Assembly (NCBI GenBank): GCA_951406725.2
Contig: OX597835.1
Span: 31,620,001 to 31,684,000 of the forward strand
Origin: Octopus vulgaris
Lineage: Eukaryota
Direction: 5' to 3'
DNA length: 64,000 nucleotides
Position numbers and translations under genes: made by a program
Shown: positions 31,771 through 46,835 of the stretch, one piece after another
Numbering within the stretch: position 1 is the first letter of the stretch
Layout: each line of letters starts with the position of its first letter
The notes under the pieces: model-generated
What the model saw: the letters and a program-made list of their open reading frames with translations, nothing else
What the model was told of the DNA's origin: nothing
Database searches by the model: none

Positions 31771-32865
31771 TCAATTCAGTGGTAAAACTAAATTCTCCAA
31801 GACATTTACCGTCACACTGTACCATTTTCTACCGACACACTCTTCTTGCATTTAACATGTCGCAATAAATTCTATTAAATTCGGATTGGAGGAAAATGTT
31901 GTAAAATTCAGCTACACCAAAACCTTTCAAGATCGTATTGTTACTTTACTAAATCCATCACAATTAATTCTAGCTTTGTGTTTGTTGTTTGAGGCTTTTT
32001 CTCCCTTCCGTTTATCAGTTTTTCTTGTATTTATTTTTGTATCCACCGTTCATTTTCAAATGTTATTATCTCACTCAGTATAATTCAGGAGAATTCCGGA
32101 TAACTTACAGGAATCAAGCGAGAGAATTGAAACATTATATATTTCGACGTGAATCCGCATTGCACTTTCTCCTTCCTCCACCTCTATACCTCACTGTGCA
32201 AATCCATTTATCTTCATTTTCGCACAAATGCCAGCTGGGATTTGTCAGTGGCAATATTAACACCGACAAAATACTCCAGTTGAAACGAATACCACATTTT
32301 GAAATTGCTATGTATACGTAGGACGTAAAGGGCCATATACGTTTCTCATACAATTTCACCAAATAAAGTTTAAAATGTCAAGTCAATTAAATCGTGGAGA
32401 ATCTACTAAGAAAACATTTTATGTAATGAAACCAGAGAGGAAACTGTCAGTTTGTCTTCGGAATTGGTTTAACACGGCTTTCTGGGGAACAAAGTGCAAG
32501 TTTTGGTTCATCTACAGATCTACAGCAGGGACACCGAGCAATAAGTTTCATCTCAAATGTGAACACAAGACAGGTTTTATACAAAAAATATTTTACTCAT
32601 TTTGACATTTAGTTGATTAATTTATTTTTTATTTTAATTTGTCAATAAGCTAATTAATTAGGTAGCGATTTATTTTGATTACGAATGAAAATTTCTGTAG
32701 ATTTCTATTCTTTCTGTTTTTTTTCTGAAAACATTTCAAAGCAATTATGAAAAAACTACAAGATTGTACGAGCCGCCAGAAATAGCAATCAACTCTCTCT
32801 CTCTCTCTCTCTCTCGTGCTCTCGCTCCCTCGCTCTCGCTCGCTCACTCTCTCTCTCTCGCTCGC

Positions 32866-32905
<40 letters not shown>

Positions 32906-33164
32906 GCTCTCTCTCGTAAATCTGTGAGATTATATAATGCTCTCCTCTTACGGATAAACAAAAATTAAATTTAACTGATGCATATTTATTGAAATCATAC
33001 CCTATTTACATAAGAAGAGGAGTAAGTTGGAGCGAGTGGGGGAGATCATAATTAACAGAAAAGGCTTGTTTTTCCCCCTATACGAAAGAAAATCTAAAAT
33101 AGTTGAAGAATATTGCATACGTCATACATTATAACAAACCTGAATTAATTTTTTTCATTCACGA

Positions 33165-33590
33165 ATTGGTTTCAAATTTTGGCATAAGGCCAGCAATTTA
33201 GTGGGGTGGGGTGCCAAGTCGTTTACATCGACCCCAGCGATCAGCTGGTGTTTATTTTATCGAACCTGAAAACTTAAAAGGCAAAGATGCCCCCGGCAAC
33301 ATTTGAACGTAAAGATGGACGAAATACCTACTTTTTTTACTACCCACAAGGTGTTAAACACAGGGGACAAACAAGGACAGACAAACAGATTAAGTCAATT
33401 ACATCGACCCCAGTGCGTAACTGGTACTTAATTTATCAACCCCGAAAGGATGAAAGGCAATGTCGACCTCGCCGGAATTTGAACTCAGAACGTAACGGCA
33501 GACGAAATACGGCTACGCATTTCGCCCGGCACGCTAACAATTCTGCCAGATGGACGAAATACCGCTAAGCTTTTTTCCCGGCGCGTTAAT
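33165..33590 (-). mobile_element. SINE family A nested in an older alternative-tail copy
   Basis: Younger copy 33330-33550 inside the older one; ggacgaaatacc duplicated. Confidence 0.8.
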
Positions 33591-34499
33591 TACCAAAATT
33601 AATAAATACGTATCGGATAGAACAAAACGACTAGAGGAAATTCCTTTTCTTCCAGAATGTCTTCGACTAAGGAATCGAATGTCTTCCTTAGACATGTACG
33701 TCGTAAAGGAGAATGTGTTCTGTGATGAAACAGCACGATCAGAATATTCACGTTCGAATCAGCCAGAACTTGAGTATAATTTTTGATGTGGTTTCTATTT
33801 GAATCATGCGGCTCCACGGCTTCTAGTCATCTACAAAGAAAAGGTGAGCGATATTATTGGACCCATTCCTCTGGCTTCTGTGTTTAGTGATTAGATCTTA
33901 CTGGGATAGGGGTCAGTCAGAGTACAAAGAATAGTATAAACAAGGTGTCCTTTTGGTAGTGTATAGTGTGAGATTTGTTTTCTTCATTGTCAACTCCAAG
34001 AAGTATCAGTGTTTGGTTTTGTGGTGGAAGGCAGCTATTAGTGGTGGTGGTGGTGGTGGTGGTGGTGATAGCTCATCGTTTTGATTCTCGTTGTTCAGCT
34101 TGCATATGACGATATATTATGTGTTGGCAGACATCAGCACAGATCAGCAAAGAATTTGTGTGCTGAAGTTATTGAAGAGAGCCACGAACTCTTGCTAGAT
34201 TCATTAGTCCAGGGCTGTTTGTGGCTGACGAGACACATGACGTTGAAACAATGGCTACTCCAAACTCTTTCGTACTTATGAATCTAGGGTGTTATAAATT
34301 CCTATTCACCATAAATGTGAAACCGTTCTATGGTGCCGAAGCAAAAATTAATTAATATATTCACAACCGAATCTTCCGCAACATAATAGGAATAAATATA
34401 CTGATTATCACCATTAATTTTAATAGTATTAAAATATGAGTTTTGTAATTACCTTCTTTTATATATTAGGTCGTCCCATAAATAATGCTGTTTGTTTAT

Positions 34500-34940
<441 letters not shown>

Positions 34941-35635
34941 CTAATATACTACTTATATTTATATACTAGTTATATTTTTCAAAATTAGGATAAAGTTTTT
35001 CTTTAATCTAAAATATACTCGCCTTTATTTTCTACAATGCCCTTTCATCCATCTGGTAGACTAGCAAGGCCCCTCTTACAAAATTTATTTGCACATGACG
35101 AGGACTTGGATACCATAAAAATTATACGGAGAGACAAGCGGCACACAAATGGCACATAAATGCCTGAATGGAGGTGGCACATGACCAGCTACTTCCGGGA
35201 AATAGAGCCAATGATTATAGCGGTAGAAACAGCAGATTGGAATCAGTTTTACAACGTTTTACAACGTTGCTTATGAATGAAGGCATTTACGATGCAGTCA
35301 CATACGGATATTTTGACCAATCTATAAAGAAAATAAATATACTTCCCTCGTAAGACCACATGCTTTTAAACAACTGTGAACGAGGAATGATCCCATTGTT
35401 TCACTTCTTACCACTAATCAAGATTTTCTAACGCCAACGCTCTGTTTCGTGCCAGAAGGCGGTAGCAGAATTTAGTCATTAAAATTGTAATTAAGATTGT
35501 GCCAATGCACAACTCATTATTTACAAAGTGAAATATGTCTGACACATCGAAATTAATTATTAAAGAACCTATAAATCTTAGTTATGACTTATGCATGAAC
35601 GGAATGATATCTCTACGTATTTATGATGATAGAAT

Positions 35636-35671
<36 letters not shown>

Positions 35672-36231
35672 GTACTATGAATTACTATGTATGCAATATA
35701 TTGGCTTCAAATTTTGAAACAAGGATAGCAATTTTGGGATGGGTTAATCGATTACATCGACCACACAGCTCAACTGCTGCTTGTTTTATCGATTCGAAAA
35801 CATAGAAAGCAAAGTCTACTTTTGCAGAATTTGAAGCCTAACGTAAAGACGGATGAAATGCCACTATGCATTTTGACCGGCGCGCTAACGATTTTACCAG
35901 CTCGCCATCTTGCTACGAATACAATACATTACTTATTTTTATTCTGTGGTGTTTCTTTTGACTGCGTACGTCATCACTCTACGCTTGATTCCATTGACAA
36001 CAGTGATACTGTATGTGTTTGGTTAACACATGGACATTCAAAGGCTCTTATTACATTATATAGTTATGCATACAGTTCTCAAATATTGCAACCGGTGTTT
36101 ATTATTTTTTCATGATTTTCCAAAATTATTAAGTCCAACAACGCATGAATTCCAGCTTAGGTCTGGAAGCTGACAGTTTTGATATCTGGGATCGAGTGAT
36201 TCATTGGAAATATCCTACCTGACTTTATATA

Positions 36232-36370
<139 letters not shown>

Positions 36371-36743
36371 TCGTAGGCGCGTGGGTAATGTAGGCGCGTG
36401 GCATAGTGGTTACGTTGTTGCATTCACGATCGTCAGAACATGGGTTCTATTTTTGGGCCGAACCACGCATTTTATTCCTGAGCAAAACACCTCATTTGAT
36501 GTTACTCCAGTCCCCACTCTGCTGTAAACGGGTAACTCTGTGATGGAATCGGTTTCTGATCCTGGGACTTTTGGCCCGATTGCCTAACGAGTGAGCTGGC
36601 ATCGTTCGAATGACAAACAAAAATCAATGCAAAGCGCATTGTGACCAATGAGGTATAACAGTTAATAGTCTGGTCAACGACACGATCGCGTGGTATTATA
36701 TATACATATATTCAAATGTATATATACATGTATACATATATAT

Positions 36744-39305
36744 TCCCGAAGTTCAGCGAACTATTTACACTGGCCATGCGTGACTCCCCTGATGTGATAG
36801 CTATCACCGAGACTTGGCTGACTCCAGCAGTAAAGGACTCAGAAATCCACCTACAGGGCTACGTCCTCTTCAGATGTGACAGAGAAAAAAGGCGAGGTGG
36901 AGGTGTTGCTGTTTATGTTAAATCTGATCACAAACCGCCCAGCGGTATTCTACCCACTAATGCTCAACCTACAACAAAATTCGATGCCGTCTATTGCAAG
37001 CTGAGTCTATCCGAGTTTTGCCTGCCCGTGTTAGCTGTTTACAGGCCGCCTCTTGCCGACCCCCAGGACGATGCTCATTTACTCGAAGCGATAAGATTCG
37101 TTTCAGCTTCTCATGACTGTTTGATTAATATCAAACAGCTTCAACGCTCCCACGATCGATTGGCCCGCATCAATTTGTACAACATCTTCCCGGTTCGGCC
37201 AGGCCCTTCTTGACGTGGCTGAAGATTCTTTTCTATCGCAACATGTTGAATATCCGACAAGGCATCGGTCTGGGTAGCAGCCATCTATGCTGGATCTGGT
37301 ATTCTCCCGCTATCCAAGATCAGTGTCAGACGTATCTGTGTGCACCCCTCTTGCCAAGAGTGATCATGCGGTCCTGAAGTTCGTCATGCACACAACTTTT
37401 TCTACGCTGACGACTACTTCGCTGCCACGTAGAGTCTTCTCTGCAATTAATCTTGAAATTCTAACCGAGGCTTCCGCGCTTCTGGACTGGCGATCCCTGA
37501 TGACGTTGTCCTCAGTTGACGAACTATGGTCATCCCTCAAAGCATATGTAATCTGGTTGACTGACCAGGCAGTTCCCGTTGGGCTTCCCAAGAAGAAGAA
37601 ACACAAGCCCTGGGTGACGAAGAAGGTTAAACGAGAACTTTTTCAACTATTTTCAAACAAGATGATGGTCGTGAACCCCCTCCATTTGATAGATCGGTAC
37701 CTCCAATGCTACGATTGGTCATCACGCGGGACGAAGTCAAACGTGTTATTCAAGGCCTCGATATCAACAAGGGTCACGGCCCTGACGGCATACACCCACG
37801 GGTTATCAAAGCGTTGGCTCCGGTCATCTGCGAGCCCTTAACACGTCTATTCAATATGTCATTGGCGACGGGTGTTATACCTGCGGACTAGAGAACAGCG
37901 ATAATCTGCCCAATTTTCAAGAAAGGGAGTCGCGAAGACCCGCTTAACTACCGACCGGTTTCCCTTACATCAATAATCAGCAAGATGTTCGAAACCATCC
38001 TTAAGAAAAGTATGATGCTCCACCTCCAAAACACAGCCTCTATCTCTGATTCCCAACACGGCTTCGTGCCGAAGAGATCATGCTTGACCAACTTACTGGT
38101 AATGGAAGAATTGGTGACGCGCATCCTCGATGATAGTAACGCTGTTGACATCGTTTTATTGGACTTTGCCAAAGCTTTTGACTCGGTAAACCACCGCCTA
38201 TTACTTGTCAAGCTTCAAGCATATAGTTTCCCTCCGGATATTGTACGATGGGTTGGTGCCTTCCTCTCAGATCGCTCCTTCCGAGTCCAAGTTAATGGTT
38301 CGCGGTCCGACGTCTCCAGTGTGAGCAGTGGCGTGCCTCAAGGTTCAGTGCTTGGGCCCTTATTGTTCTTAGTCTTCATAAATGACTTGCCAGACGACCT
38401 CACGCAACACACCCTTCTATTTGCCGACGATATCAAACTGGTCGCTCCTCGCGGTGATAGAGAGGATCTTCGTCGATGCCTCCACCAAATTTGGAGGTGG
38501 TCTAGCGAATGGGACCTGTGTCTGAACGTGTCAAAGTGCTGTCATCTGCCTGTTGGCTCTCCTCCTGCAACTCAACTTGATTTCGAGCCGGGTCGTCTGC
38601 TGCTGGAGAGGACCGATCAAGTAAAGGACCTGGGTATCTTGGTGGATTCCTCCTTTTCGCCTTCGGCCCAGTGCGTCCATGCTGCCAACAAAGCACGCGG
38701 AATTCTGTTCTTGATTCGACGGTCATTCGGAATGCTCACAGCAGCCATATTCCTACCACTCTATGTCACGCTGGTGAGACCCATATTGGAGTACGAGATT
38801 CAAGCCTCTTCTCCTTATCTCCTCAAAGACATACAGCATCTCGAAAGAGTCCAGAAGCTGGCTACCCGCATGGTTCATGGTCTCAAAAATTTGTCTTATG
38901 AAGAAAGGCTGAGGACGCTCGACCTTTATTCTCTAGAAAAACGCCCCCGCCGTGGTGATCTCATTCTCGCTCACAACATCATAAGCGGAAAGTGTAACCT
39001 CTCGAAAGAGCTGTTCTTCACTCCTGCTCCAGAACGTCGGCTGCGGGATCATTCCGAAAAGCTCTACCTGCGACGATTTCATCTCAATCGAAGGAGAGGA
39101 GCTTTCTCCGTCCGGGTTGCGGATCCGTAGAACAAGCTGCCAGACGAGATGGTGAAGATGCCGACGACCGCTTTGTTCAAAGTTTCCCTTGACCTCAAGT
39201 GGCCTGAACGCTTTACATGAACACCACCTTGTACTTAACTCCATGTCCCCCTACATGGCCTTGCTATTTGCTTTTGAGCCAAAAATTAACTAACTAACTA
39301 ACTAA
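36744..39305 (+). mobile_element. CR1/L2-group LINE ORF2 relic (APE endonuclease + RT) with (CTAA)n tail
   Basis: EN motifs DVIAITETWL, RRGGGV, VYRPP, LDLVF, SDH; RT motifs GPDGI, QHGF, LDFAKAFDSV, GVPQGSVLGP, LFADDIKL; frame 37706-39220 broken by two TAG stops; frameshifts and internal deletion upstream. Confidence 0.93.
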
Positions 39306-39374
39306 CATATGCATGTTTATATATACGCACCAAAATGTATACCTATCTCCATACATAAACAGACACAGATATGT

Positions 39375-39760
39375 ATTTCTGGCCATGTTGTCAGAATGAC
39401 TGATGAAAGAATACCCAAATTCTTCATGTATAGTTCGCATGGTAATTGGTGTAAGATTGCTTGTCGACCATGGATCACATATAAGAACAAGTTGAAGAAT
39501 AAGTCAATATAACTCACACCACCTTTGAGCCAACAGTCTTGAAGCGAACAAAATGGAGATCACTAAGTCAAAATAGTATAAGAGACTTTGTTTTAACCAG
39601 CATTAACAGGTTTAAGGATGCAAGGTAAAGGAGATAAGCGGTTGCAAACATACCGCCTGCACTGACTAGTAGTTCTCATACTTGCCACATTTACAGACTT
39701 CTTTGGAAACCGTTGGTGCGACTAAAATATCACATTCGACATAGCCATTATGGCTGGTAA
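39375..39760 (+). mobile_element. RTE-like LINE 3' relic
   Basis: GHVVRMTDERIPK..Y..G....RP..YK..LK motif. Confidence 0.55.
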
Positions 39761-40540
39761 AGTAAGTGTTGGTTATCGGTCCAACATAGAGCGAAACCGC
39801 TGGATAAATTCATCATATATATGTATTATATGTATTATAATTTTACAAAAATAGGAATGACCTTGACTTCGACGTTTCGGACTTCTACACTTCGTCAGAC
39901 TGTGGTGCATTTAGATGCGTCCTGGATTTATATAACCTCTGGTAAGTTGTTTTCCTCAGATAAGAAATACAAACAAACATAAGTGTGTATTGTATAAGAA
40001 AATCCTGTTAATCATTTTAAATATTTCATTGTTTATGATGTGAACAAAATGGTTTTTATTTTTATTTTCGCTACGCAAATGGAAATGCGCATTAACGTGA
40101 TATACGGGTTTACGAAGATGGAGTCTGTCACATTTTAATACCCTTTACACAGAACGCAAATGGTTACGTAAGAAAATTGAACGATATTGAATTTCAGAAA
40201 ACAATTCCAAATTTGGCGAAGTGGTGAAATTAAAGTTTTTGTGCTCGTGTTTGTGAGTGTTTCTGCGATTACACCGGCATGAATGTGGCGCATGTGAACG
40301 TATGTGTTTTGCGACTGCACCGGAGCGTGTGTGCGTGGAGGGGGGGAAGGAGGGAGGTTATAAATGCAAATGCAAGAAAATATGAAGCATTGATCACGAT
40401 GGTTAAACTTTGTTCCAAGTGCTTTGATGTTGTTTCGTGATGCTGTTTAAAGATGTGGGGTGGGTGGGATGCAAACAATGGCCATCATGAAGAAAATTAT
40501 GGCGTTACTCTCAGTCACGAGAACATCATGCAGCATATAT

Positions 40541-40588
<48 letters not shown>

Positions 40589-40599
40589 GTATGTGTATA

Positions 40600-40668
<69 letters not shown>

Positions 40669-40690
40669 GTATATATATATATAGAAATAA

Positions 40691-40761
<71 letters not shown>

Positions 40762-40972
40762 CTGTGTGTGTATGTATGCGCAAATGCATATGTGTCCATA
40801 CCGGCATATGTCTATGTGTAGATGTCTTCCCAGATATTTTGATATATATACGACGGATATGTTCCAGTTATTTTTTGAATTCGAATATAAAACATAAATT
40901 TGTATTTTTTGTTTTTTTGTGAGCCAGCGTGAGGTACCATGCAGAGTAGTGTTTACTAGCATGAATACTTAT

Positions 40973-41052
<80 letters not shown>

Positions 41053-41055
41053 GTG

Positions 41056-41097
<42 letters not shown>

Positions 41098-41265
41098 GTG
41101 TGTGTGTGTGGTGTGTGTGTGTGCGTGTGTGCATGTGTGTGTGTGTGTGCATGTGTGTGTGTGGTGTGTATATATTTGTATGTATTTGTGAAATGAATTT
41201 ACGAATGTTTGTGTGTGCATACATGAATACAGTTACGAAATTTCATATAGAATTTGATACAGAAT

Positions 41266-41334
<69 letters not shown>

Positions 41335-41337
<3 letters not shown>

Positions 41338-41558
41338 TCTTTACTAACCACAAGGGGTTAAACACAGAGGGGACAAACAAGGACAGACAAGCGGATTAAG
41401 TCGATTACATCGACTCCAGTGCGTAACTGGTACTTAATTTATCGACCCCGAAAGGATGAAAGGCAAAGTCAACCTCGGCGGAATTTGAACCCAGAACGTA
41501 ACGGCAGACGAAATACGGCTACGCATTTCGCCCGGCGTGCTAACGTTTCTGCCAGCTC
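41335..41558 (-). mobile_element. SINE family A
   Basis: Matches family consensus. Confidence 0.88.
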
Positions 41559-41708
41559 ATATATATGACGTATATATGTATGTATGTGTGTATGTCTATA
41601 AATATGCACATACATACGATATATATATACATACAGTCATATTTATATTACACTGGTGAGTGTGTTAACTAATAGAGCATTGAAACTGAATGATTCTCCC
41701 CAGACACC

Positions 41709-41745
<37 letters not shown>

Positions 41746-42171
41746 TGTATATGTATGTGTGTGTGGATATATAGGTTGCAATGTTGCATAAAAAAAATCA
41801 CTTATAGTTGCCACTAAGCACACACACATACACGCACACACTTGCACGCGCGCATACACATATATAAACTGGTGAAACAGAACTCAATACGTGGAAATAC
41901 ATAAATTCCGATATTGAAATCTACATAAAATTCCAGACTCGACTCAAGCGTATAGAATTTCTTTCACAGCTGATATATATATATACGGTATTCATAATTT
42001 CTGGAATCACACTCTCACATATTCCTGAAGGTAAACGACCACATATATGTATATATACACACTGCCCGATACGGAAATCAAACTGACTACCTCACTATTG
42101 CGAGCTCGACGTTCTAACTAGAGAGCTATGCGCCTCCATACATGCATGCATATAGATATTTATATATACAC

Positions 42172-42216
<45 letters not shown>

Positions 42217-42402
42217 ATGTTACATTACTTGGTAGTCAAGATAAAACTCTGAGTTTCAGATGCCGAAGTGGAAATCCACAACACCATCTCATCGGTTATC
42301 TGGCTATTTGAAAACGTTATGAAAAAATACCGTTAAAAATGAAGGGAAATTACTCTGTTATAACTCAAATTTCGTAAGTCTTTTAACGATTTCCAACATA
42401 AA

Positions 42403-44244
42403 TTGAAAAAAGATATTAATCATATAAAAAGCTCCAAGAAAAAAGCACTTTTTTCGGATAAAACCAAGAACTTATACCTGGTAGATAACAGCAAATACAC
42501 ACAACTTTTACACAACAGCATCATTAATAATTATACTAAGGCTAGGGCACAGACATATAACGAAATTAATAAAGAAGCTAGCGTCATCGCCGCTAAACTT
42601 AAATTAGATAAAAAAATAGAAGCCCTCCCCCAAAAAGAGGCCTTTATTACTATTAAAGATCACAAAGAAAACTTCCTTTCCAACCCTAAATGTAGGCTTA
42701 TCAACCCAGCCAAGTCAGAACTAGGGATTATTAGCAAAGAGATTTTAGATAAAATAAATACGAAAATTAGGACCGATACTAGGCTAGTGCAATGGTCCAA
42801 TAGTATAGAAGTCGTAGACTGGTTTAAAGCTATTAAAAATAAGAAAAAAGCGAGGTTTACACAATTCGATATTGTTGATTTTTATGCCTCTATCTCTAAA
42901 GAACTGCTAGATAAAGCCCTAATCTTCGCTAGTGACTTCATAGAAATTAGTACCAATGATAAGGATATAATCTTCCATGCTAGAAAGACATTACTTTTCA
43001 GTGAGAATGCAAAGTGGGTAAAAAACACCGACACGGAGGGCGCTTTCGATGTGAGCATGGGTTCATATGATGGGGCAGGCATCTGTGATCTAATTGGACT
43101 CTTTCTCCTAGATACCTTCGGTAAGACATTCCCTAACGTACATTTCGCCATCTACAAAGATGATGCCCTCGTTTTAACAGCTAATACAAATGGACCAGCA
43201 CAAGATCGTTTTAGGAAGGATATTATCCAGTTAATGAAACACTTCGGACTTAGTATAACTATAGACACTAACCTGACGGTTGTCAATTTCTTAGACGTTT
43301 CCTTAGATCTTAATAAAAATATTTATAAGCCTTATAGGAAGCCCAATGATAGACTAAGTTATATTAATGTAGGTTCATGCCATCCCCCTATAGTATTCAA
43401 AAATTTAGTTTAGAATATTAGTAAGAGGATTTCTAGCCTCTCATCTAATGAGGACATCTTCAATAGCGTTGCCCCAGTTTATAATAAAGCTTTAAAAGAT
43501 AGTGGTTTTAGCGAAAAAATAAAATATACACCTATCACTAGCCCAACAATAAGGAAAAGGAATAATAGAAATAGGAAGGTCATCTGGTTTACGTCCCCTT
43601 ACTCACCCGAGGTGGCCTTCAATATAGGTAAATATTTCCTAGCACTGATAGATAGACATTTTCCAGTTAACCATGCTTATAGGAAACTCTTCAATAGACA
43701 CAATTTAAAAATTAGTTTTAGTTCAACTACCAATTTTAAAAACATAATCAATCATAACATACAAAAAACACAAGAAGAAAACAGCTGTTCATGCAGGAAT
43801 AAAGAATTGTGCCCGCTAAATGGAGCTTGCATGTCCAAGACCATCATATATGAAGCTACCGTAAACTCTATAACCACTAAAGACACCGTTTCGACGAAGA
43901 AATACGTGGGCCTTACAGAGGGTAATTTCAAGGCCAGGTTCAATAACCACACTTTGAGCTTTAGGCACTGGAACAAAAGAAAAGCGACACAATTATCCAA
44001 TCATATTTGGTCTTTAAGAGATAAAGGTGTTGATTATAACATACAATGGAAGATTTTGGCCAGATGTAAGCCCTATACTAACGGCAGCGGAAGGTGCGGT
44101 TTATGCGACATGGAGAGATGGCTTATCTGGAAAAGCAGCTTAGACCCTACTACATGCCTAAATACAAGGACAGAGCTTTTCGGATCATGCCCACATGTGA
44201 CTAAATTTCTGTTACGTTTTTGGTCCCCTAAAGAAAACGGATAG
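42403..44244 (+). pseudogene. PLE reverse transcriptase + Cys-rich linker + GIY-YIG endonuclease; single in-frame TAG at 43411-43413
   Basis: Motifs TIKDHKENF, CRLINPAKSELG, FDIVDFYASI, MGSYDG, IYKDDAL, NFLDVSL; CSC..CPL.G.C linker; IIY..KYVGLTEGNFKARFNNH; CGLC; CPH. ORFs 42403 and 43612 share one frame. Confidence 0.93.
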
Positions 44245-44430
44245 AACATGCTTTCTGTGTTATGTTCCAAGAAGAATTTATATATTTTTATATATATTTT
44301 TATGTATTTTTATATAACTTTTATGATGAAAAATGCGAGCGATGTATAAGTACGCAGGCAAAGCAGAGTTATAACAGAGTAATTTCCCTTCATTTTTAAC
44401 GGTATTTTTTCATAACGTTTTCAAATAGCC

Positions 44431-44493
44431 AGATAACCGATGAGATGGTGTTGTGGATTTCCACTTCGGCATCTGAAACTCAGAGTTTTATCT
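44431..44493 (+). ncRNA. Hammerhead-like motif in the PLE pLTR (second copy 42239-42301, minus strand)
   Basis: agataa-CCGATG-AGATG...CATCT-GAAA-CTC a GAG-TT-ttatct; core is one nucleotide short of consensus. Confidence 0.5.
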
Positions 44494-44591
44494 TTACTAC
44501 CGAGTAATGTAACATATTGTATAGATAAATTTCCTCTATTTACATAATATTGAGGTCTCTTTCTTTCTTTTGTTATCTTACCGTTTTATCA

Positions 44592-44659
<68 letters not shown>

Positions 44660-45745
44660 CATGCATATATATCTGTATACATACAGTACAAGCATACATG
44701 CCTACACACACACACACACGCATATATATATATGTAAATACATCCTTACATATATATATATATACATACACGCAATTACATATACATATACATGTATATT
44801 TGTGTGTGTTTCCCATTTTCGCTGTCTGATTTGATTTAAAAGCAATTGTATTGTTTTAATGATTTGATCAATGTTATTGTTTTTAATTCAGAACATATCT
44901 AAAAATGGAGTTAAACAGATAGTTATACCTTTTGTTTCTCTCTTACGTTATATCCACTTCGTCTTATATGTTCATGTTTGTGAACGATTGTGTGTGATTA
45001 TGAGTGTTTGTATGTGTTTGTGAAGTTTCCCTATGTGTATGTATTTGTATGCGAGTGCGTGTGTTCGTGTGTGTGTTATGATAAGAATAAATAGGGGGCG
45101 AAACAGAAGGAATCTAACCAGGAGATTAGCGAGGTAAATAATCACAGTGAGTTATTTGTGAGAATGTCTCTAGTTATTGTTTAATTCCAGCTGTGTTTTC
45201 TGTGTAAAATATTTCCAAATGGTGCAGCCATTTTAAAAGCAGCATTTCAATTCATAAAAAAAGGAAAACAAAAAAATAAAAACACAAAATATGAGGACAA
45301 AAAACATGGCAAACTACAATTTTTTAAAACATTTCCACGAATTCTCTTTGACAAAGGGAAATATCATGTTATCAAGCAAGTTCTGATTTGGTTGCATTGG
45401 TAAAACATCATTTTTAAAAACAAAGAAATACACGAAGACCTAGCGATGCAGTTAAAAAAGAGCCTCTTCAAAAATATGTGAGACTGTTTGGGAAGCTACT
45501 GCACGATATCTTGATTGAAGTATCGTCTGTTTAAGCTTCGATTTGATCAACGCCATGTTAGTAGAATTCACTGGGCGGAAACGATGACAATGTGTGTTTG
45601 TGCGTGTGTGTGTATTTATGAAAATACATAGAGACGCATATTCACCCAGATTTATCCATAGATGGATAAATAGATAGATAGATAGATGGATGGATAGATA
45701 GATGGATGGACAGAAAGATAGATAGATAAGTAGATAGATAGATAT

Positions 45746-46751
45746 GTTTCTTTATTAGCCACACAGGGCTGCACACAGATAGAACAAATTACAAGGTAGA
45801 GCTTTTCTTTTGAAGGTTTAAGAAAGAAAAAAAAAAAAGGAAGGGGGAGTTTCGATCAAAAGGGATCGTAAAAGGAGAGAAAGAGGACAAAAAAAGGGGG
45901 GTTTAAAAAAAGGGGGGAGGAAAAAATTGATCAATAGGGATCGTTATCACAGAAATGTCAATATGAAGTGTAAAGGGGAGGACAGGTGAGGTTTACCCGT
46001 GCAAAGAAAAGCCTACGGAAAAGACCACGGTAACCTCGGTCAATGATGTCACATTTTATATTTCTTTTTTTTTTTTGCAAATAAGCAACTCTCTGTTTTC
46101 GATTTCTGGGTTCATAGGACTATGCTCAAGGTGGCTTCGTCATTCATACGTGCCATTCTTGCTACATTCACCCATCTTTTTAAAACATTCGCTAGACAAA
46201 ACTTGCCTCTCTACTCTCACTTTCCTTTTCAAGTGGTACTTGAAGAAGTTGATGAGAGATTGACCAGAGAGGAAAGTGTTTGTCTCCAATCCTTTCAGAC
46301 GCGTCCACCAGATACATTCTTTCGCCATAGCCACAAGGATGATAAACCGACTCGTCCCACACGTGACAGCAGTTGTTCGACATAAGCCCACAGGTCGGAA
46401 ATTGTTGGACACTGAACGAGTGCGTGCAGAACGGTTTCGTCGCTCTGACCGCATCTCGGGCAGGTCGGCCCCGTGTTTCTCGAGCCGTGTCTGTAGAGCT
46501 TATCCCGAACGGGTAGCGCTTCTCGGTAGCACTGCCAGGCCAGGGATCTCTGGAAGTTGTCCATGGGCCCTGGCCCGAAAGTCGTCCTGAACAGGCGGGT
46601 CAGGTACTCCTCGTCGACGTCCAGGTTCGCCCCGAGCTCGTCGTCGTACCTCCCCTCCACTAAACCCCTATAGAATGCTTTGGTTGTGTTGAAGTCACTT
46701 AAGGTCGACCCAGGACGGCAGAGTTGCTTGAGAGCAACGCGACACTCGCGG
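45746..46751 (-). mobile_element. Tx1-like (L1 clade) LINE 3' fragment in a (GATA)n tract
   Basis: zf-RVT motif ALPVRDKL..CPRCGQSDETVLHALVQCP..LW; T-rich 3' UTR ending aataaagaaac. Confidence 0.8.
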
Positions 46752-46796
<45 letters not shown>

Positions 46797-46835
46797 TAGA
46801 TAGATAGATAGATGGATAGATTGATAGATAGATAA

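Larger units (their letters stand above)
42211..44594 (+). mobile_element. Penelope-like retroelement (Neptune-type), 5'-truncated, with inverted 5' pLTR copy and 3' pLTR
   Basis: RT and GIY-YIG coding region; 42211-42367 is the reverse complement of 44366-44521 (typical PLE inverted pLTR); flanked by (TA)n. Confidence 0.92.

Noticed and set aside
43411-43413. Programmed readthrough or selenocysteine in the PLE ORF
   Set aside because: The codon is TAG, not TGA; a nonsense mutation is the simplest explanation
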